Below are positions 35,612 through 44,949 of a DNA stretch of 64,000 nucleotides, one piece after another. The notes under the pieces were generated by a model. That model had not been told where the DNA came from, did not search any database, and saw only the letters and a list, made by a program, of their open reading frames with translations. Within the stretch, counting starts at the first letter, position 1. Every line of letters starts with the position of its first letter. The DNA comes from Methanomassiliicoccales archaeon (lineage in GTDB: Archaea; Thermoplasmatota; Thermoplasmata; RBG-16-68-12; SOIM01). The DNA lies in the NCBI GenBank assembly GCA_030593295.1, contig JAUVHO010000006.1:281-64280 (forward strand). Direction: 5' to 3'. A program made the translations under genes and the position numbers.

Positions 35612-36049
35612 ATGACTGCTAGTGGAGGACCACCGCCGGGAGCACCACCGCCAGGAGCACCGCCACCGGGGGGGCCACCCCCGCCGGGGGCGCCGCCGCC
35701 GTATGGATACCCGCCAGGACCGCCAGTTCCGCAGAAGACCATCAAGCCCATTATCGGGGGTCTTCTTATTCTACTGGGGTCGCTTATGTATCTCGTCATT
35801 GGCGCGATTTACATCACGGCCGGAGAGCTTTTCGTTGATATCCCAGGAATGGAAGGATCCGTTGGCGATATTCTCATGATTTGTGGGATAATCGCCCTGT
35901 TGCTAGGGATAATCTCGCTGCTTGGTGGAGTTCTGAGCATGATGAGGAAGGCATGGGGACTCGGTTTGCTTGCGGGCATACTGACGATTCCCTCGTTGTT
36001 GGGACTCATCGGCTTGATTCTGGTGGCAATCTCCAAGGACGAATACTAG
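35612..36049 (+). CDS. Small polytopic membrane protein with a Pro/Gly-rich N-terminus
   Basis: ATG with a GGTGAT SD; TATA-like ATATTTATATAC about 32 nt upstream. The N-terminus GGPPPGAPPPGAPPPGGPPPPGAPPPYGYPPGPP is followed by hydrophobic helices. Confidence 0.65.
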   Translation: MTASGGPPPGAPPPGAPPPGGPPPPGAPPPYGYPPGPPVPQKTIKPIIGGLLILLGSLMYLVIGAIYITAGELFVDIPGMEGSVGDILMICGIIALLLGIISLLGGVLSMMRKAWGLGLLAGILTIPSLLGLIGLILVAISKDEY

Positions 36050-36050
36050 T

Positions 36051-36088
36051 AGGGTGTCTTCGCCCTACCCCACCCTCTTCCTTTTTTC
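36051..36088 (+). terminator. Hairpin (AGGGTG/CACCCT) followed by a T6 run
   Basis: Stem at 36051-36056 and 36071-36076; TTTTTT at 36082-36087. It lies directly after the stop at 36049. Confidence 0.45.
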
Positions 36089-36129
36089 CAAAATAGTATT
36101 AACTATCCCGTTCTATCTGGCTGTTGAAT

Positions 36130-37449
36130 ATGACGATTGCGATCGGAATCGATGACACCGACTCTCGAACGGGTATGTGCACCACCTTTCTGGCCTCAGA
36201 ATTGATCCAGGAACTCGAGGAGTACGATCTCATAGGCCTACCCCGGTTGGTCAGATTGAACCCTAACATCCCCTGGAAGACCCGGGGCAACGGTGCCATA
36301 TGCCTGCGCTTCGGTGAAGGACTTGGAAAGAGCATTCCTGTTTGTCAGATCGGTGAGAAGTCCTATTCCTCCTACGAAGAAGGCAAGGGAGACCTATCGT
36401 CAAGAGAGATCGAGGACCGTGTCGCTAAGGTCGTTGAGTCTCATTATCGACTGGATGATGAGAATACCAATCCAGCTTTCGTCATTCTCGACAAGGACCC
36501 TCCCTCGTCGCTTTACTGGAAAGCTGTCAGGGGGATTGTGAGATTGGAGGAGGTCAAGGACATCGTCGCCCACATTGGCGTGCATCGAATGTACAAGAAC
36601 GGCAGGGGGCTGATAGGTGCGACATCAGCAGTCTCCTGGAAGCCCAAGGATTACACGTACGAGATCACCGCTTATCGGGATAGGGACAAATGGGGCACTC
36701 CAAGGGAATTGGTGAAGGACTCGGTCATCGCAATGGACAACGAGTTCCCATCCACGTTCAATAATTACGATTATGAGGAGGGCCACATGGCAATTGCTCC
36801 CAACTCCCCTTGTCCAGTACTATTCGGAATCAGGGGGGATTCACTCGATGACCTGCTTCCTGCCATGTCCTTGATCAAGGGAGAAGAGATTCAGAGATGG
36901 ACCCTATTCCTAACGAACCAGGGAACGGACGAGCATCTGGTACGGAGGACCATTGGAAGCATTGGGGCGTATGAGTCGATCGTCTCCGATGGGGAGGTCG
37001 TTGCTGGGCCCAGGATGATCCAGGGCGGTCATCTGGTGTTCAGGATTTCTGACGGTGATGAGATCGACTGCACTGCGTATGAACCTTCGAAAGGGTTCAG
37101 GAACATCGTGAAAGGCCTTCGGGTGGGGGACAAGATAACGGTGTACGGCAGCATCAGAGAAGATCCAAGGACAATCAATGTCGAGAAACTTCAGGTCCGT
37201 TCTGTGGTGGAAGTCGATGAGAAGATCGGCAATCCCAAGTGCCCTGAATGCGGAAAGCGCATGAAGTCTGTCGGAACCAACGCCGGATACAGGTGCAGAG
37301 GATGTCACACCCAGTTAGAAGAAGAGGACGCAGAAACCGTCAAAGCAGATAGAACGTTATCCCCAGGATTCTACGAACCACCGGTCTCCGCGAGGCGTCA
37401 TCTGAGCAGACCATTGAAGCGGATGAAGAGCGAGCTCGAACCTAGCTGA
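36130..37449 (+). CDS. tiaS: tRNA(Ile2) 2-agmatinylcytidine synthetase TiaS
   Basis: N-terminus MTIAIGIDDTDSRTGMCTTFL...LVRLNPNIPWKTRGNGA. C-terminal zinc ribbon CPECGKRMKS...YRCRGC. The track start is TTG 36124; the ATG is at 36130. Confidence 0.9.
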   Translation: MTIAIGIDDTDSRTGMCTTFLASELIQELEEYDLIGLPRLVRLNPNIPWKTRGNGAICLRFGEGLGKSIPVCQIGEKSYSSYEEGKGDLSSREIEDRVAKVVESHYRLDDENTNPAFVILDKDPPSSLYWKAVRGIVRLEEVKDIVAHIGVHRMYKNGRGLIGATSAVSWKPKDYTYEITAYRDRDKWGTPRELVKDSVIAMDNEFPSTFNNYDYEEGHMAIAPNSPCPVLFGIRGDSLDDLLPAMSLIKGEEIQRWTLFLTNQGTDEHLVRRTIGSIGAYESIVSDGEVVAGPRMIQGGHLVFRISDGDEIDCTAYEPSKGFRNIVKGLRVGDKITVYGSIREDPRTINVEKLQVRSVVEVDEKIGNPKCPECGKRMKSVGTNAGYRCRGCHTQLEEEDAETVKADRTLSPGFYEPPVSARRHLSRPLKRMKSELEPS

Positions 37450-38773
37450 TATTTCCAGCTCTCTTGATAACTTCTTGGAGTACATCCAGACCCGCGTCGA
37501 GGTTCTCCTCTTCGATGGTGAGCGGAGGAATGAAACGAACCCCCGATGCGCCACAGGGCAGGAGAACCAACCCATTCTTGAACGATTCCTGGACTATGGA
37601 TTGGGCGACCTTCGGAGCTGGGGTCTTGGAACCATCTCCCTTTATGAACTCGGTCGCCTGCATCAGACCATATCCCCTGTTATCCCCCATAATCGGGTTG
37701 CTTTCCTTCATCTCGTCAAGTCTCTTCCGCAGGTGATCGCCAAGTTTCTGGGCCCTGCTCAAGAGGTTCTCGCTCTCAATGACATCCAGCGTCGCGCCAA
37801 CTGCCGCGCATGCCAGCAAGTTCCCACCATACGTGTTAGAATGGGCTCCCTGGACACCGAAATCAAGTTTGGCATCGAAAACGATCGCGCCGACAGGGAC
37901 ACCGGAACCCATCCCCTTTGCGATGCAGATTATGTCGGGCACAACTCCAAAGTGGTCTATTCCGAACATCTTCCCGGTCCTTCCGAACCCTGCCTGGACC
38001 TCATCGTCGACCAGCAAGATTCCGTTCCGCTTGCATATTTCAGAGACCTTCTTGGCGAACTCCGGAGGAGGCACGATATATCCTCCTTCTCCCTGGATCG
38101 ACTCATAGAACAGAGCGGCGACGTCGCTGGGCGGGATGAACTTGTCCAGATACTGCTCTTGGATCGCGTCCGCGCAATACACGCCACATCCTGGGTACTC
38201 CAGCTTGTAAGGGCACCTGTAACAGTAAGCGTAGGGAACGTGGTCAACACCGGGCATGGTGGAGAAGAATCTCTCCTGATGGGTCGTCTTTGACGCCGTC
38301 AACGCCAGAGAACCCATCGTCCGTCCGTGGAACGCGCCGGTGAAGGCGATGAACCTGCTCCTCTCACTGGACCATTTTGCCAATTTTATGGCAGCCTCAA
38401 CCGATTCGGTCCCGCTGTTGGTGTAGAATACCCTCTTGTCGAAATCTCCTGGAGTGATTCTGGACAGCCTTTCGGCCAAGGTCACCTGTATGTCGTAGTA
38501 AAAATCCGTTCCAGCAAAGTGCATTAGCTTATTGAGTTGGTCTCCGACAGCCTTGACAACTGTCGGATGGCAATGGCCGGTGTTCACCACTCCGATTCCG
38601 CTGGTGAAATCGACGTAGATGTTCCCGTCCACGTCCCAGACCAGGCTTCCCCTTGCCCTTTTGGCGACCAGCTCACAGGTCTTGGTGGACGTCGCGATCG
38701 CATTCTTGTCTCTCTGGACAACTTGCCTCCCCTTCTCCCCAGGGGGAACCGATTTGATGTCTGGTACCTTCAA
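37442..38773 (-). CDS. Class III PLP-dependent aminotransferase (GabT/ArgD-like)
   Basis: Motifs DFTSGIGVVNTGHCHP, LVDDEVQAGFGRTGKMF and IAKGMG (the Lys). Confidence 0.9.
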   Translation of the reverse strand: MKVPDIKSVPPGEKGRQVVQRDKNAIATSTKTCELVAKRARGSLVWDVDGNIYVDFTSGIGVVNTGHCHPTVVKAVGDQLNKLMHFAGTDFYYDIQVTLAERLSRITPGDFDKRVFYTNSGTESVEAAIKLAKWSSERSRFIAFTGAFHGRTMGSLALTASKTTHQERFFSTMPGVDHVPYAYCYRCPYKLEYPGCGVYCADAIQEQYLDKFIPPSDVAALFYESIQGEGGYIVPPPEFAKKVSEICKRNGILLVDDEVQAGFGRTGKMFGIDHFGVVPDIICIAKGMGSGVPVGAIVFDAKLDFGVQGAHSNTYGGNLLACAAVGATLDVIESENLLSRAQKLGDHLRKRLDEMKESNPIMGDNRGYGLMQATEFIKGDGSKTPAPKVAQSIVQESFKNGLVLLPCGASGVRFIPPLTIEEENLDAGLDVLQEVIKRAGNIS

Positions 38774-38874
38774 AATATTCCTCTCCTCTGGACTAAACCT
38801 CGGTGATATACCTCAATAGATAGATGGGTTCAACTGGGTTGGACATTGCGGTTAATGAAAAAGCAGAGCGAGGA

Positions 38875-39015
38875 TTATCCACCTATCCTGAACATCTTGG
38901 TGCCACACTTAGGGCAGGTTCCCTTTGTGGCGGGCTTGCCGTTCTTCATTGTTATCTTCTCGGGATTCTTCATTTCCGTTTTTGCCCTGCACTTTACACA
39001 ATACGCCTCAACCAT
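38875..39015 (-). CDS. 46-aa zinc-ribbon protein (DUF5679-like), below the ORF-track cut-off
   Basis: Manual translation gives MVEAYCVKCRAKTEMKNPEKITMKNGKPATKGTCPKCGTKMFRIGG. A GGTGAT SD lies 5 nt upstream. Two CxxC pairs. Confidence 0.65.
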   Translation of the reverse strand: MVEAYCVKCRAKTEMKNPEKITMKNGKPATKGTCPKCGTKMFRIGG

Positions 39016-39142
39016 CAAATCACCGAAATGAAATCGACTCTTTCCATATTAAGATATCTCTCTCAATGCCCGTAAAACGGAATATTAGGGCCAGATTCAA
39101 CAAAACCTTTAAATCCGAATCTGCTGTATGCGACCGTTTGCC

Positions 39143-39316
39143 ATGACTAAATACACCCGTTACGAAGTTGCCAGGATAATCGGTGCAAGATCCCTCCAGA
39201 TAAGCCTGGGCGCTCCGATTCTGGTCCCATTCTCCGATGCCTCGGTCGAGTCCTTGGATATAGCATGTGTCGAATACGAGAAGGGTGCCATACCCATCAC
39301 GGTTCGGAGGGGATGA
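39143..39316 (+). CDS. rpoK: DNA-directed RNA polymerase subunit K (Rpo6)
   Basis: Sequence MTKYTRYEVARIIGARSLQISLGAPILV...IACVEYEKGAIPITVRR. TATA-like CTTTAAAT lies about 30 nt upstream. Confidence 0.9.
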   Translation: MTKYTRYEVARIIGARSLQISLGAPILVPFSDASVESLDIACVEYEKGAIPITVRRG

Positions 39317-39326
39317 GATAGCCAGG

Positions 39327-40532
39327 GTGGTTTCCGCAAAGGTCCGTAAGATACTGGACAGCAGAGGCAACCCAACGGTCGAGGTGGACGTTTTTCTCGA
39401 GGACGGTTCCGGAACAGCGGCAGCTCCAAGCGGTGCCAGTACCGGCGTTCATGAGGTGGCGGCTTTTGCCGAGGATGGCATTGACGCATCTATTGAGCTG
39501 TTCCGGGAGGAGATCGTTCCCAAAATGGTCGGGATGGACGGGATGGACCAAGCCTCGTTCGACAGCTGGTTGCATGAGATTGATGGTACCGATAATTTCT
39601 CGCGCATCGGTGGAAGCATAGCCGTGGCAACCTCACTTGCGTTGGCGAAGGCCGCTGCAGAAGTGAGCAAGACGCCGTTCTATTCATACCTGAGCGGACC
39701 GTCTTCGGAATCACTACCCAGGCCCATGGGCAATATGATCGGTGGAGGAGCTCATGGCGTTGGAGGTACCGACATCCAGGAATTCCTTTCAATCGCACAG
39801 GGTCCGACCTTTCAGGATTCTGTTTTTGCCAATGCGGTCGTACACAAGAGGGTCAAGGAGAAGCTCATTGAGATTCTGCCCAACCAAGCCATCGGCAAAG
39901 GCGACGAAGGGGCATGGCTCGCGGGCATCACCAACGAGGAGGCCCTTGACATACTATCTGAGGCATGTGGTGAGATATCTGAACTTGTCGGGTTCGACTG
40001 CAGACCCTGCCTTGATATGGCGGCAAGCGAGTTCTACAAGAACGGGGTGTACAAGTATCGCGAGGGCGAGGTTTCGACCGATGGCCAGGTGGATTTCGTC
40101 GCAGACCTTGTCGAGGAATTCGATCTATTCAGCGTCGAGGACCCGTTCCACGAAGAGGACTTCGAGAGCTTCGCCAGGCTGACCGAAGCGGTGGGGGACA
40201 GATGTCTGATAGTGGGTGATGACCTTTTCGTGACCAATATCCAGAGGCTGAAGAAGGGTGTTGCCATGAAAGCGGCCAATGCCATTCTGCTGAAGCCCAA
40301 TCAAATAGGAACGGTCACCGATATGATGGAGACCGTTGAATATGCCAGGGAGAATGGATACCAGATGGTGATGTCCCACAGGTCTGGTGAGACCAACGAC
40401 GATTCGATCGCACATCTGAGCGTGGCATTCGGCTGTCTGGCCATCAAGACTGGGGCTGTTGGCGGTGAAAGGACGGCAAAACTTAATGAGCTGATACGGA
40501 TTGAGGAGAATACAGAATCTGGTGGTAACTGA
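39327..40532 (+). CDS. eno: Enolase
   Basis: Motifs [20 protein letters not shown], and MSHRSGET near the C-terminus. The start is set at the in-frame GTG 39327, just after the rpoK stop. The track start at 39267 would overlap rpoK by 50 nt. Confidence 0.93.
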   Translation: MVSAKVRKILDSRGNPTVEVDVFLEDGSGTAAAPSGASTGVHEVAAFAEDGIDASIELFREEIVPKMVGMDGMDQASFDSWLHEIDGTDNFSRIGGSIAVATSLALAKAAAEVSKTPFYSYLSGPSSESLPRPMGNMIGGGAHGVGGTDIQEFLSIAQGPTFQDSVFANAVVHKRVKEKLIEILPNQAIGKGDEGAWLAGITNEEALDILSEACGEISELVGFDCRPCLDMAASEFYKNGVYKYREGEVSTDGQVDFVADLVEEFDLFSVEDPFHEEDFESFARLTEAVGDRCLIVGDDLFVTNIQRLKKGVAMKAANAILLKPNQIGTVTDMMETVEYARENGYQMVMSHRSGETNDDSIAHLSVAFGCLAIKTGAVGGERTAKLNELIRIEENTESGGN

Positions 40533-41152
40533 TGGAATCAGATGAGAAGAATGAAGAGGAAGGACTGCTGGTCCAGGAGGACGTTTATCTTACTTCTGGC
40601 GTTCACATAGGCACTCAGCAGAAGAGCGCCGATATGAAGGAGTTCATATACAAGGTCAGGACGGACGGCCTTTACGTTTTGGATATCAAGAAGACCGACA
40701 GAAGGATCAAGATGGCAGCTAAGTTCCTCGCCAAGGTAGATCCGAGCAGGATACTGGTTGTTGCTGCCAGACAATACGGTCAGAAACCGTCAAAGCTGTT
40801 TGCCAGGACCATTGGCGCCAGCATCTTTGCCGGGAGGTTCGTTCCAGGGACACTGACCAATCCCAATCTTCCAGAGTACACCGAGCCCGATATCCTACTT
40901 GTTACTGATCCTGCTGCAGACCAGCAGGCACTTCGCGAGGCCATGAAACTCAGGATACCAGTTATCGGCCTTTGTGACGCTAACAACGAGACCCGAAATG
41001 TCGACCTGATCATTCCGACCAACAACAAAGGCAGGAGAGCTCTTGCAACGGTCTACTGGTTGCTCACCAGGGAGGTCCAGAAGGCGAGGGGTGAGATAGG
41101 CAGCGACGAGGATTTCACTCTGACCCTTGAGGACTTCGAAGCCTCTTTGTAG
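40532..41152 (+). CDS. rps2: 30S ribosomal protein S2 (uS2)
   Basis: Motifs [24 protein letters not shown] and [11 protein letters not shown]. Its ATG overlaps the enolase stop by 1 nt (TGATG). Confidence 0.95.
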   Translation: MESDEKNEEEGLLVQEDVYLTSGVHIGTQQKSADMKEFIYKVRTDGLYVLDIKKTDRRIKMAAKFLAKVDPSRILVVAARQYGQKPSKLFARTIGASIFAGRFVPGTLTNPNLPEYTEPDILLVTDPAADQQALREAMKLRIPVIGLCDANNETRNVDLIIPTNNKGRRALATVYWLLTREVQKARGEIGSDEDFTLTLEDFEASL

Positions 41153-41160
41153 GTGTTTAG

Positions 41161-41976
41161 ATGAGATATGCCACAGTCGCCGGACGGTTCTATTCCAATA
41201 ATCCGGACGAACTCAGGAAGGAGGTCGAGAGGTGTTTCAAGAGTCCGATCGGACCTGGTGAAGTTCCTGAACTGAAGGATGGTCCTAGGTCCATAATAGG
41301 AGCTGTCTGCCCGCATGCCGGTTTCGTGTATTCTGGCCCGGTCGCGGCCCATGTTTTCAACGCTCTTGCTTCAGATGGATTCCCTGAGACCTTTGTGATA
41401 ATAGGCCCCAACCATACTGGGATGGGCGCAATGGTCGCGGTCACCGCGGAGGACTTCTCCATGCCCATGGGCGTCGTTCCCGTGGACAAGGAACTGGCCG
41501 GGAAGGTGGTGCAAGGCATCATCTCGGAAGACATACTTGCCCATCGTGGCGAACATTCACTAGAGGTCCAGCTTCCTTTTATTCAGTATCTGTCTTCGAA
41601 CGTCAAGATAGTACCGATCAGCATGGGGCTTCAGGATTTCAAGACCGCCAGGGAGGTGGGGGAGATCGTCGGGAAGGCGATCGAAGGAAGGGATGTTGTT
41701 GTTCTGGCCTCCACTGATTTCTCGCATTACATACCTCAAGACATTGCGGAAAGGATGGACAAGCTCGCGATCGATCAGATACTGAAGATGGACGCCAAGG
41801 GTTTGTTCAAGGTCGTCAACAAAGAGAACATCTCGATGTGTGGCTATGGACCTGTGATCGCCATGCTGATTGCTGTCCAGGGTAAGAAATCGGAGCTCTT
41901 GAAATACGCCACGTCTGGCGACGTTCAGCCTATGAGGGAGGTCGTGGGCTACGCTGGGATGGTCGTCAGGCGTTAG
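41161..41976 (+). CDS. MEMO1-family protein (AmmeMemoRadiSam system protein B-like)
   Basis: Motifs AGRFYSNNPDELRKEV and CPHAGFVYSGPVAAH; 271 aa. Confidence 0.88.
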   Translation: MRYATVAGRFYSNNPDELRKEVERCFKSPIGPGEVPELKDGPRSIIGAVCPHAGFVYSGPVAAHVFNALASDGFPETFVIIGPNHTGMGAMVAVTAEDFSMPMGVVPVDKELAGKVVQGIISEDILAHRGEHSLEVQLPFIQYLSSNVKIVPISMGLQDFKTAREVGEIVGKAIEGRDVVVLASTDFSHYIPQDIAERMDKLAIDQILKMDAKGLFKVVNKENISMCGYGPVIAMLIAVQGKKSELLKYATSGDVQPMREVVGYAGMVVRR

Positions 41977-41982
41977 CCGGGT

Positions 41983-42297
41983 CTAGTTCCTTTTTGTCTC
42001 TTCTGAGATCCAATTCAGATAATCCCGGTCTCCTTGGGCATACTCATAGCACATGAGGCAGGGGACTTCGTAGCTGTGCAGTTCCTTTATCGCGGCCATC
42101 GCCTCATCGAGCAGTTCGGTCCTTGTCTTGAAGATGATGGCGAACTCCTGCTCCTTCTCTATCTCACCCTTCCACCAGTACATCGAACGGATCGGGAATA
42201 TGTTGGCGCACGCCACCAGTCTCCTCTCCAGCAGCTTGTTGGATATCTTCTCAGCTTCGTCCTCGGAACCGGTCGTCGTGTAAAGCATCGAGAACAT
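41983..42297 (-). CDS. cutA: Divalent-cation tolerance protein CutA
   Basis: Motifs LVACANIFPIRSMYWWKGEIE and HSYEVPC; 104 aa. Confidence 0.9.
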   Translation of the reverse strand: MFSMLYTTTGSEDEAEKISNKLLERRLVACANIFPIRSMYWWKGEIEKEQEFAIIFKTRTELLDEAMAAIKELHSYEVPCLMCYEYAQGDRDYLNWISEETKRN

Positions 42298-42388
42298 ATG
42301 GCTGAATACTCAAAGTTGGTAATAACAATTGGTAATTAAGTCGAAACTTATAATCTAAAAGCCTTAGGTTGTACCTTTCGGAGATGCT

Positions 42389-42760
42389 TTGACTGTAGTG
42401 AGCTTGGATGAACTGACAGAGGCCATTAGAAGGACCCTTGGGAAGAAGGGGATGCCAGAGAAGGAGGTTGTGGCCCTGGCCGAGTACATCATATCTTTCT
42501 TCGGTTTCACAGAAGAGGTCATAGACAATCGTCTGGACGTGGATGACAGGGATGTCTTCTACATGCTTGAGGAAGAGGGGTTGCTCACAACCCGGCAGGA
42601 AGAGATTCACATAAAGCGTGGAAAGCTGTGGAGGATCCACTACTGGGTACTCCGCACTGAGTTCATCAAGCAATTGGCTCACGAAGAATTGGTGGATGAA
42701 GGGGTGGATCATCAGCTCCTGTATAGCAGCATAGCCGAAGAGATATGGAGCCGGGATTAA
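42389..42760 (+). CDS. Hypothetical protein (123 aa, TTG start in the track)
   Basis: A clean ORF directly upstream of the M50 protease. No family recognised. Confidence 0.5.
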   Translation: MTVVSLDELTEAIRRTLGKKGMPEKEVVALAEYIISFFGFTEEVIDNRLDVDDRDVFYMLEEEGLLTTRQEEIHIKRGKLWRIHYWVLRTEFIKQLAHEELVDEGVDHQLLYSSIAEEIWSRD

Positions 42761-42802
42761 AGAGTAATTCTTTATATACACTGAGATTTTACTTAAGGCA
42801 GA

Positions 42803-44149
42803 ATGGAATCGATACTTCTGAATCCGTATTTCCTGTTCTTTTTGGCAATCAGTCTGTGGATCATCGCGGTCATTGTGATCTACAAGAAGAAGTGGCTGGA
42901 GGGCACGCCGTTCGCTTTCCAGGGGCCATTCCTCCTGTGGAGGACCGAGAAGGGCAAGAGGTTCATTGAGTGGCTGGCCAGGCCCAAGAGGTTTTGGAAG
43001 GTCTACGGGGATTTCTCCGTTGCGATTACCTTCGTGGTGATGTTCACTTTCTTGGTCATTCTGATATGGGTTGCCTTTTTGGTGATGAACATCCCCAAGG
43101 ACAGGGTCCCAACGCCTCAGATGATACTGGGGATACCCGGGCTGAACCCGATAATACCGATCTGGTACGGCATCCTGGCCCTGGTCATAGCTTTGGTAGT
43201 CCATGAGTTCACTCACGGGATCCTCACCAGGGTAGCGAAGTCCAAGATCGTCTCCCTCGGACTTGTGTTCTTCATCGTTCCCATGGGCGCTTTTGTTGAG
43301 CCAGATGAGGAAGAGTTGCAGGTCATGAAGAGAAGGAAACGCAGCAGGATGTTCGCTTCCGGACCCACATCCAACCTGATTGTCGCCCTGATATGCTCCT
43401 TGGTGTTCACCTCGGTTTTCATAGGAAGTGCCGAACCGGTGGCCGTGGGCAACGGCGTAATCGGACTCGTTGAAGATAGTCCAGCGCTGAGCTCAAGCCT
43501 GGAGCCAGGCATGATCATAACCTCGATTTATCACAATAACAGCGAGAATCCTTTGGACAGTGCATCTGCATTTAGGGATCTTATGGGAACAACCAGGCCA
43601 GAGGATAACGTCACATTGACCATCTACAACGATGGTCAGTACTATAGAGAAGATGTTGTTCTCTCCAACAGGTCTGATAACGAACCGATCGGCTTCTTGG
43701 GGATATACTCCATCTACACCGGGACTGGGAAGCAGGTCTACACGCCAACAGTCTACCCTGAATCGATTGATGCAACGATGTACTCGATGATAATCTACAT
43801 CAGCCTTCCATTGCGCGGTCTGTCACCCATCGATGAGCCGTATACGAGCTTCTACGAGCCTTCGGGTGCTTTTGCCGGCGCTCCCGAGCCCCTTTTCTGG
43901 ATATTGGCCAACTCGTTCTATTGGGTCTTCTGGCTTAATCTCATGCTGGGGCTGACGAATGCTCTTCCCGCCCGCCCATTGGATGGGGGATATGTTTTCA
44001 GTGATGGGCTTGGCACCTTTCTGGAGAAGACAAGACCGAACATGAAAGCAGAGAGAAGAGAGAACCTCGTGAATAGGATATCCTACTTCCTCTCCTTCTT
44101 CATTCTAGCGTTGATACTGTGGCAGCTGATAGGACCCAGGATACTCTAG
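42803..44149 (+). CDS. Site-2 protease family (M50) membrane metalloprotease with a PDZ-like insert
   Basis: HExxH motif VHEFTHGI and the NxxPxxxLDG motif NALPARPLDGGYV; multiple TM helices. Confidence 0.9.
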   Translation: MESILLNPYFLFFLAISLWIIAVIVIYKKKWLEGTPFAFQGPFLLWRTEKGKRFIEWLARPKRFWKVYGDFSVAITFVVMFTFLVILIWVAFLVMNIPKDRVPTPQMILGIPGLNPIIPIWYGILALVIALVVHEFTHGILTRVAKSKIVSLGLVFFIVPMGAFVEPDEEELQVMKRRKRSRMFASGPTSNLIVALICSLVFTSVFIGSAEPVAVGNGVIGLVEDSPALSSSLEPGMIITSIYHNNSENPLDSASAFRDLMGTTRPEDNVTLTIYNDGQYYREDVVLSNRSDNEPIGFLGIYSIYTGTGKQVYTPTVYPESIDATMYSMIIYISLPLRGLSPIDEPYTSFYEPSGAFAGAPEPLFWILANSFYWVFWLNLMLGLTNALPARPLDGGYVFSDGLGTFLEKTRPNMKAERRENLVNRISYFLSFFILALILWQLIGPRIL

Positions 44150-44868
44150 TGGGTGACTACCTCGAAGCCGCCTTCGTCAAAAATCAGTGGGAAGTACCCT
44201 CTCTTGTGCTTGGTCTTCCTCATCTTCACAATGCTCAGGAAAAGGTTGACGACCCTGTCGTCCCTTCTGAGGTCTAGATGCATTATGCCATCGGAAAGGA
44301 AATCCTCACCGTGCTCGCAGAACTTCATCTTGTCCTGGTCCATCTCGGCGATCAGGAACGTTGTGATGTTGAGATCCCTTAGCCACTCGAAGAACCTGAA
44401 CAGATCGTCTCTGGGCTCCTTGAACTTGGCCATGACCTCCAGAACCGGGAGGGAATCAAGCACCAATATGCCCGTGTCCATGCTGCCCTTGAGGTTGTTG
44501 ACGTACATCTTGAAGACCTCCATCCAGGACTGTTCGCTAAGATCCTTGAGCTTCTTCCTGATCATTGCCAGGTCGAGAACGCTCAATTTGTCATCCAGGC
44601 CGTTCACCGGCATACCAAGCCCCTCCATGCTGTCCAAGACGGAGTTCCTGGACTGCTCCAGCGTCACGTAGACACCGCTCCTGCCCTCATTCTTGGCGTT
44701 GTGGTACAGAATATTATATGCAACCGAACTCTTCATAGTCCCTGGCTTGCCAGCAATCAAAACAGTGTGACTTTGGGGAATGCCGCCCTGAAGGTGTTCA
44801 TCCAATCCTCTGATGTAAGTCTTAATCCTCTTGGTAGCGACCATGTTATCTCGTCCTACGTTTCTCAC
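44146..44868 (-). CDS. KaiC/RecA-superfamily ATPase-like protein (240 aa)
   Basis: Sequence GLDEHLQGGIPQSHTVLIAGKPGTMKSS; the P-loop has Met where the second Gly is expected. Walker B GILVLDSL. TATA-like TTTATTATAG upstream. Confidence 0.85.
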   Translation of the reverse strand: MRNVGRDNMVATKRIKTYIRGLDEHLQGGIPQSHTVLIAGKPGTMKSSVAYNILYHNAKNEGRSGVYVTLEQSRNSVLDSMEGLGMPVNGLDDKLSVLDLAMIRKKLKDLSEQSWMEVFKMYVNNLKGSMDTGILVLDSLPVLEVMAKFKEPRDDLFRFFEWLRDLNITTFLIAEMDQDKMKFCEHGEDFLSDGIMHLDLRRDDRVVNLFLSIVKMRKTKHKRGYFPLIFDEGGFEVVTH

Positions 44869-44949
44869 CGCCTTGGCTATAATAAAACTTGGTTTGAAGA
44901 TATCATTTTTGAGAATCTATCTCGCCTTTGGCCAGACTCCCGAACGATG

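Noticed and set aside
35506-35799. 97-aa minus-strand ORF rich in GGAPGGG
   Set aside because: It is the reverse complement of the polyproline-coding tract of the plus-strand membrane protein gene. That gene has an SD and a TATA element.
37475-38293. 272-aa plus-strand ORF
   Set aside because: It is antisense to the class III aminotransferase, which carries clear PLP-enzyme motifs. It has no motifs of its own.
42251-43216. 321-aa minus-strand ORF
   Set aside because: It is entirely antisense to the well-supported M50 protease and the hypothetical gene at 42389. Its composition is odd (His/Pro/Gln-rich) and it has no motifs.
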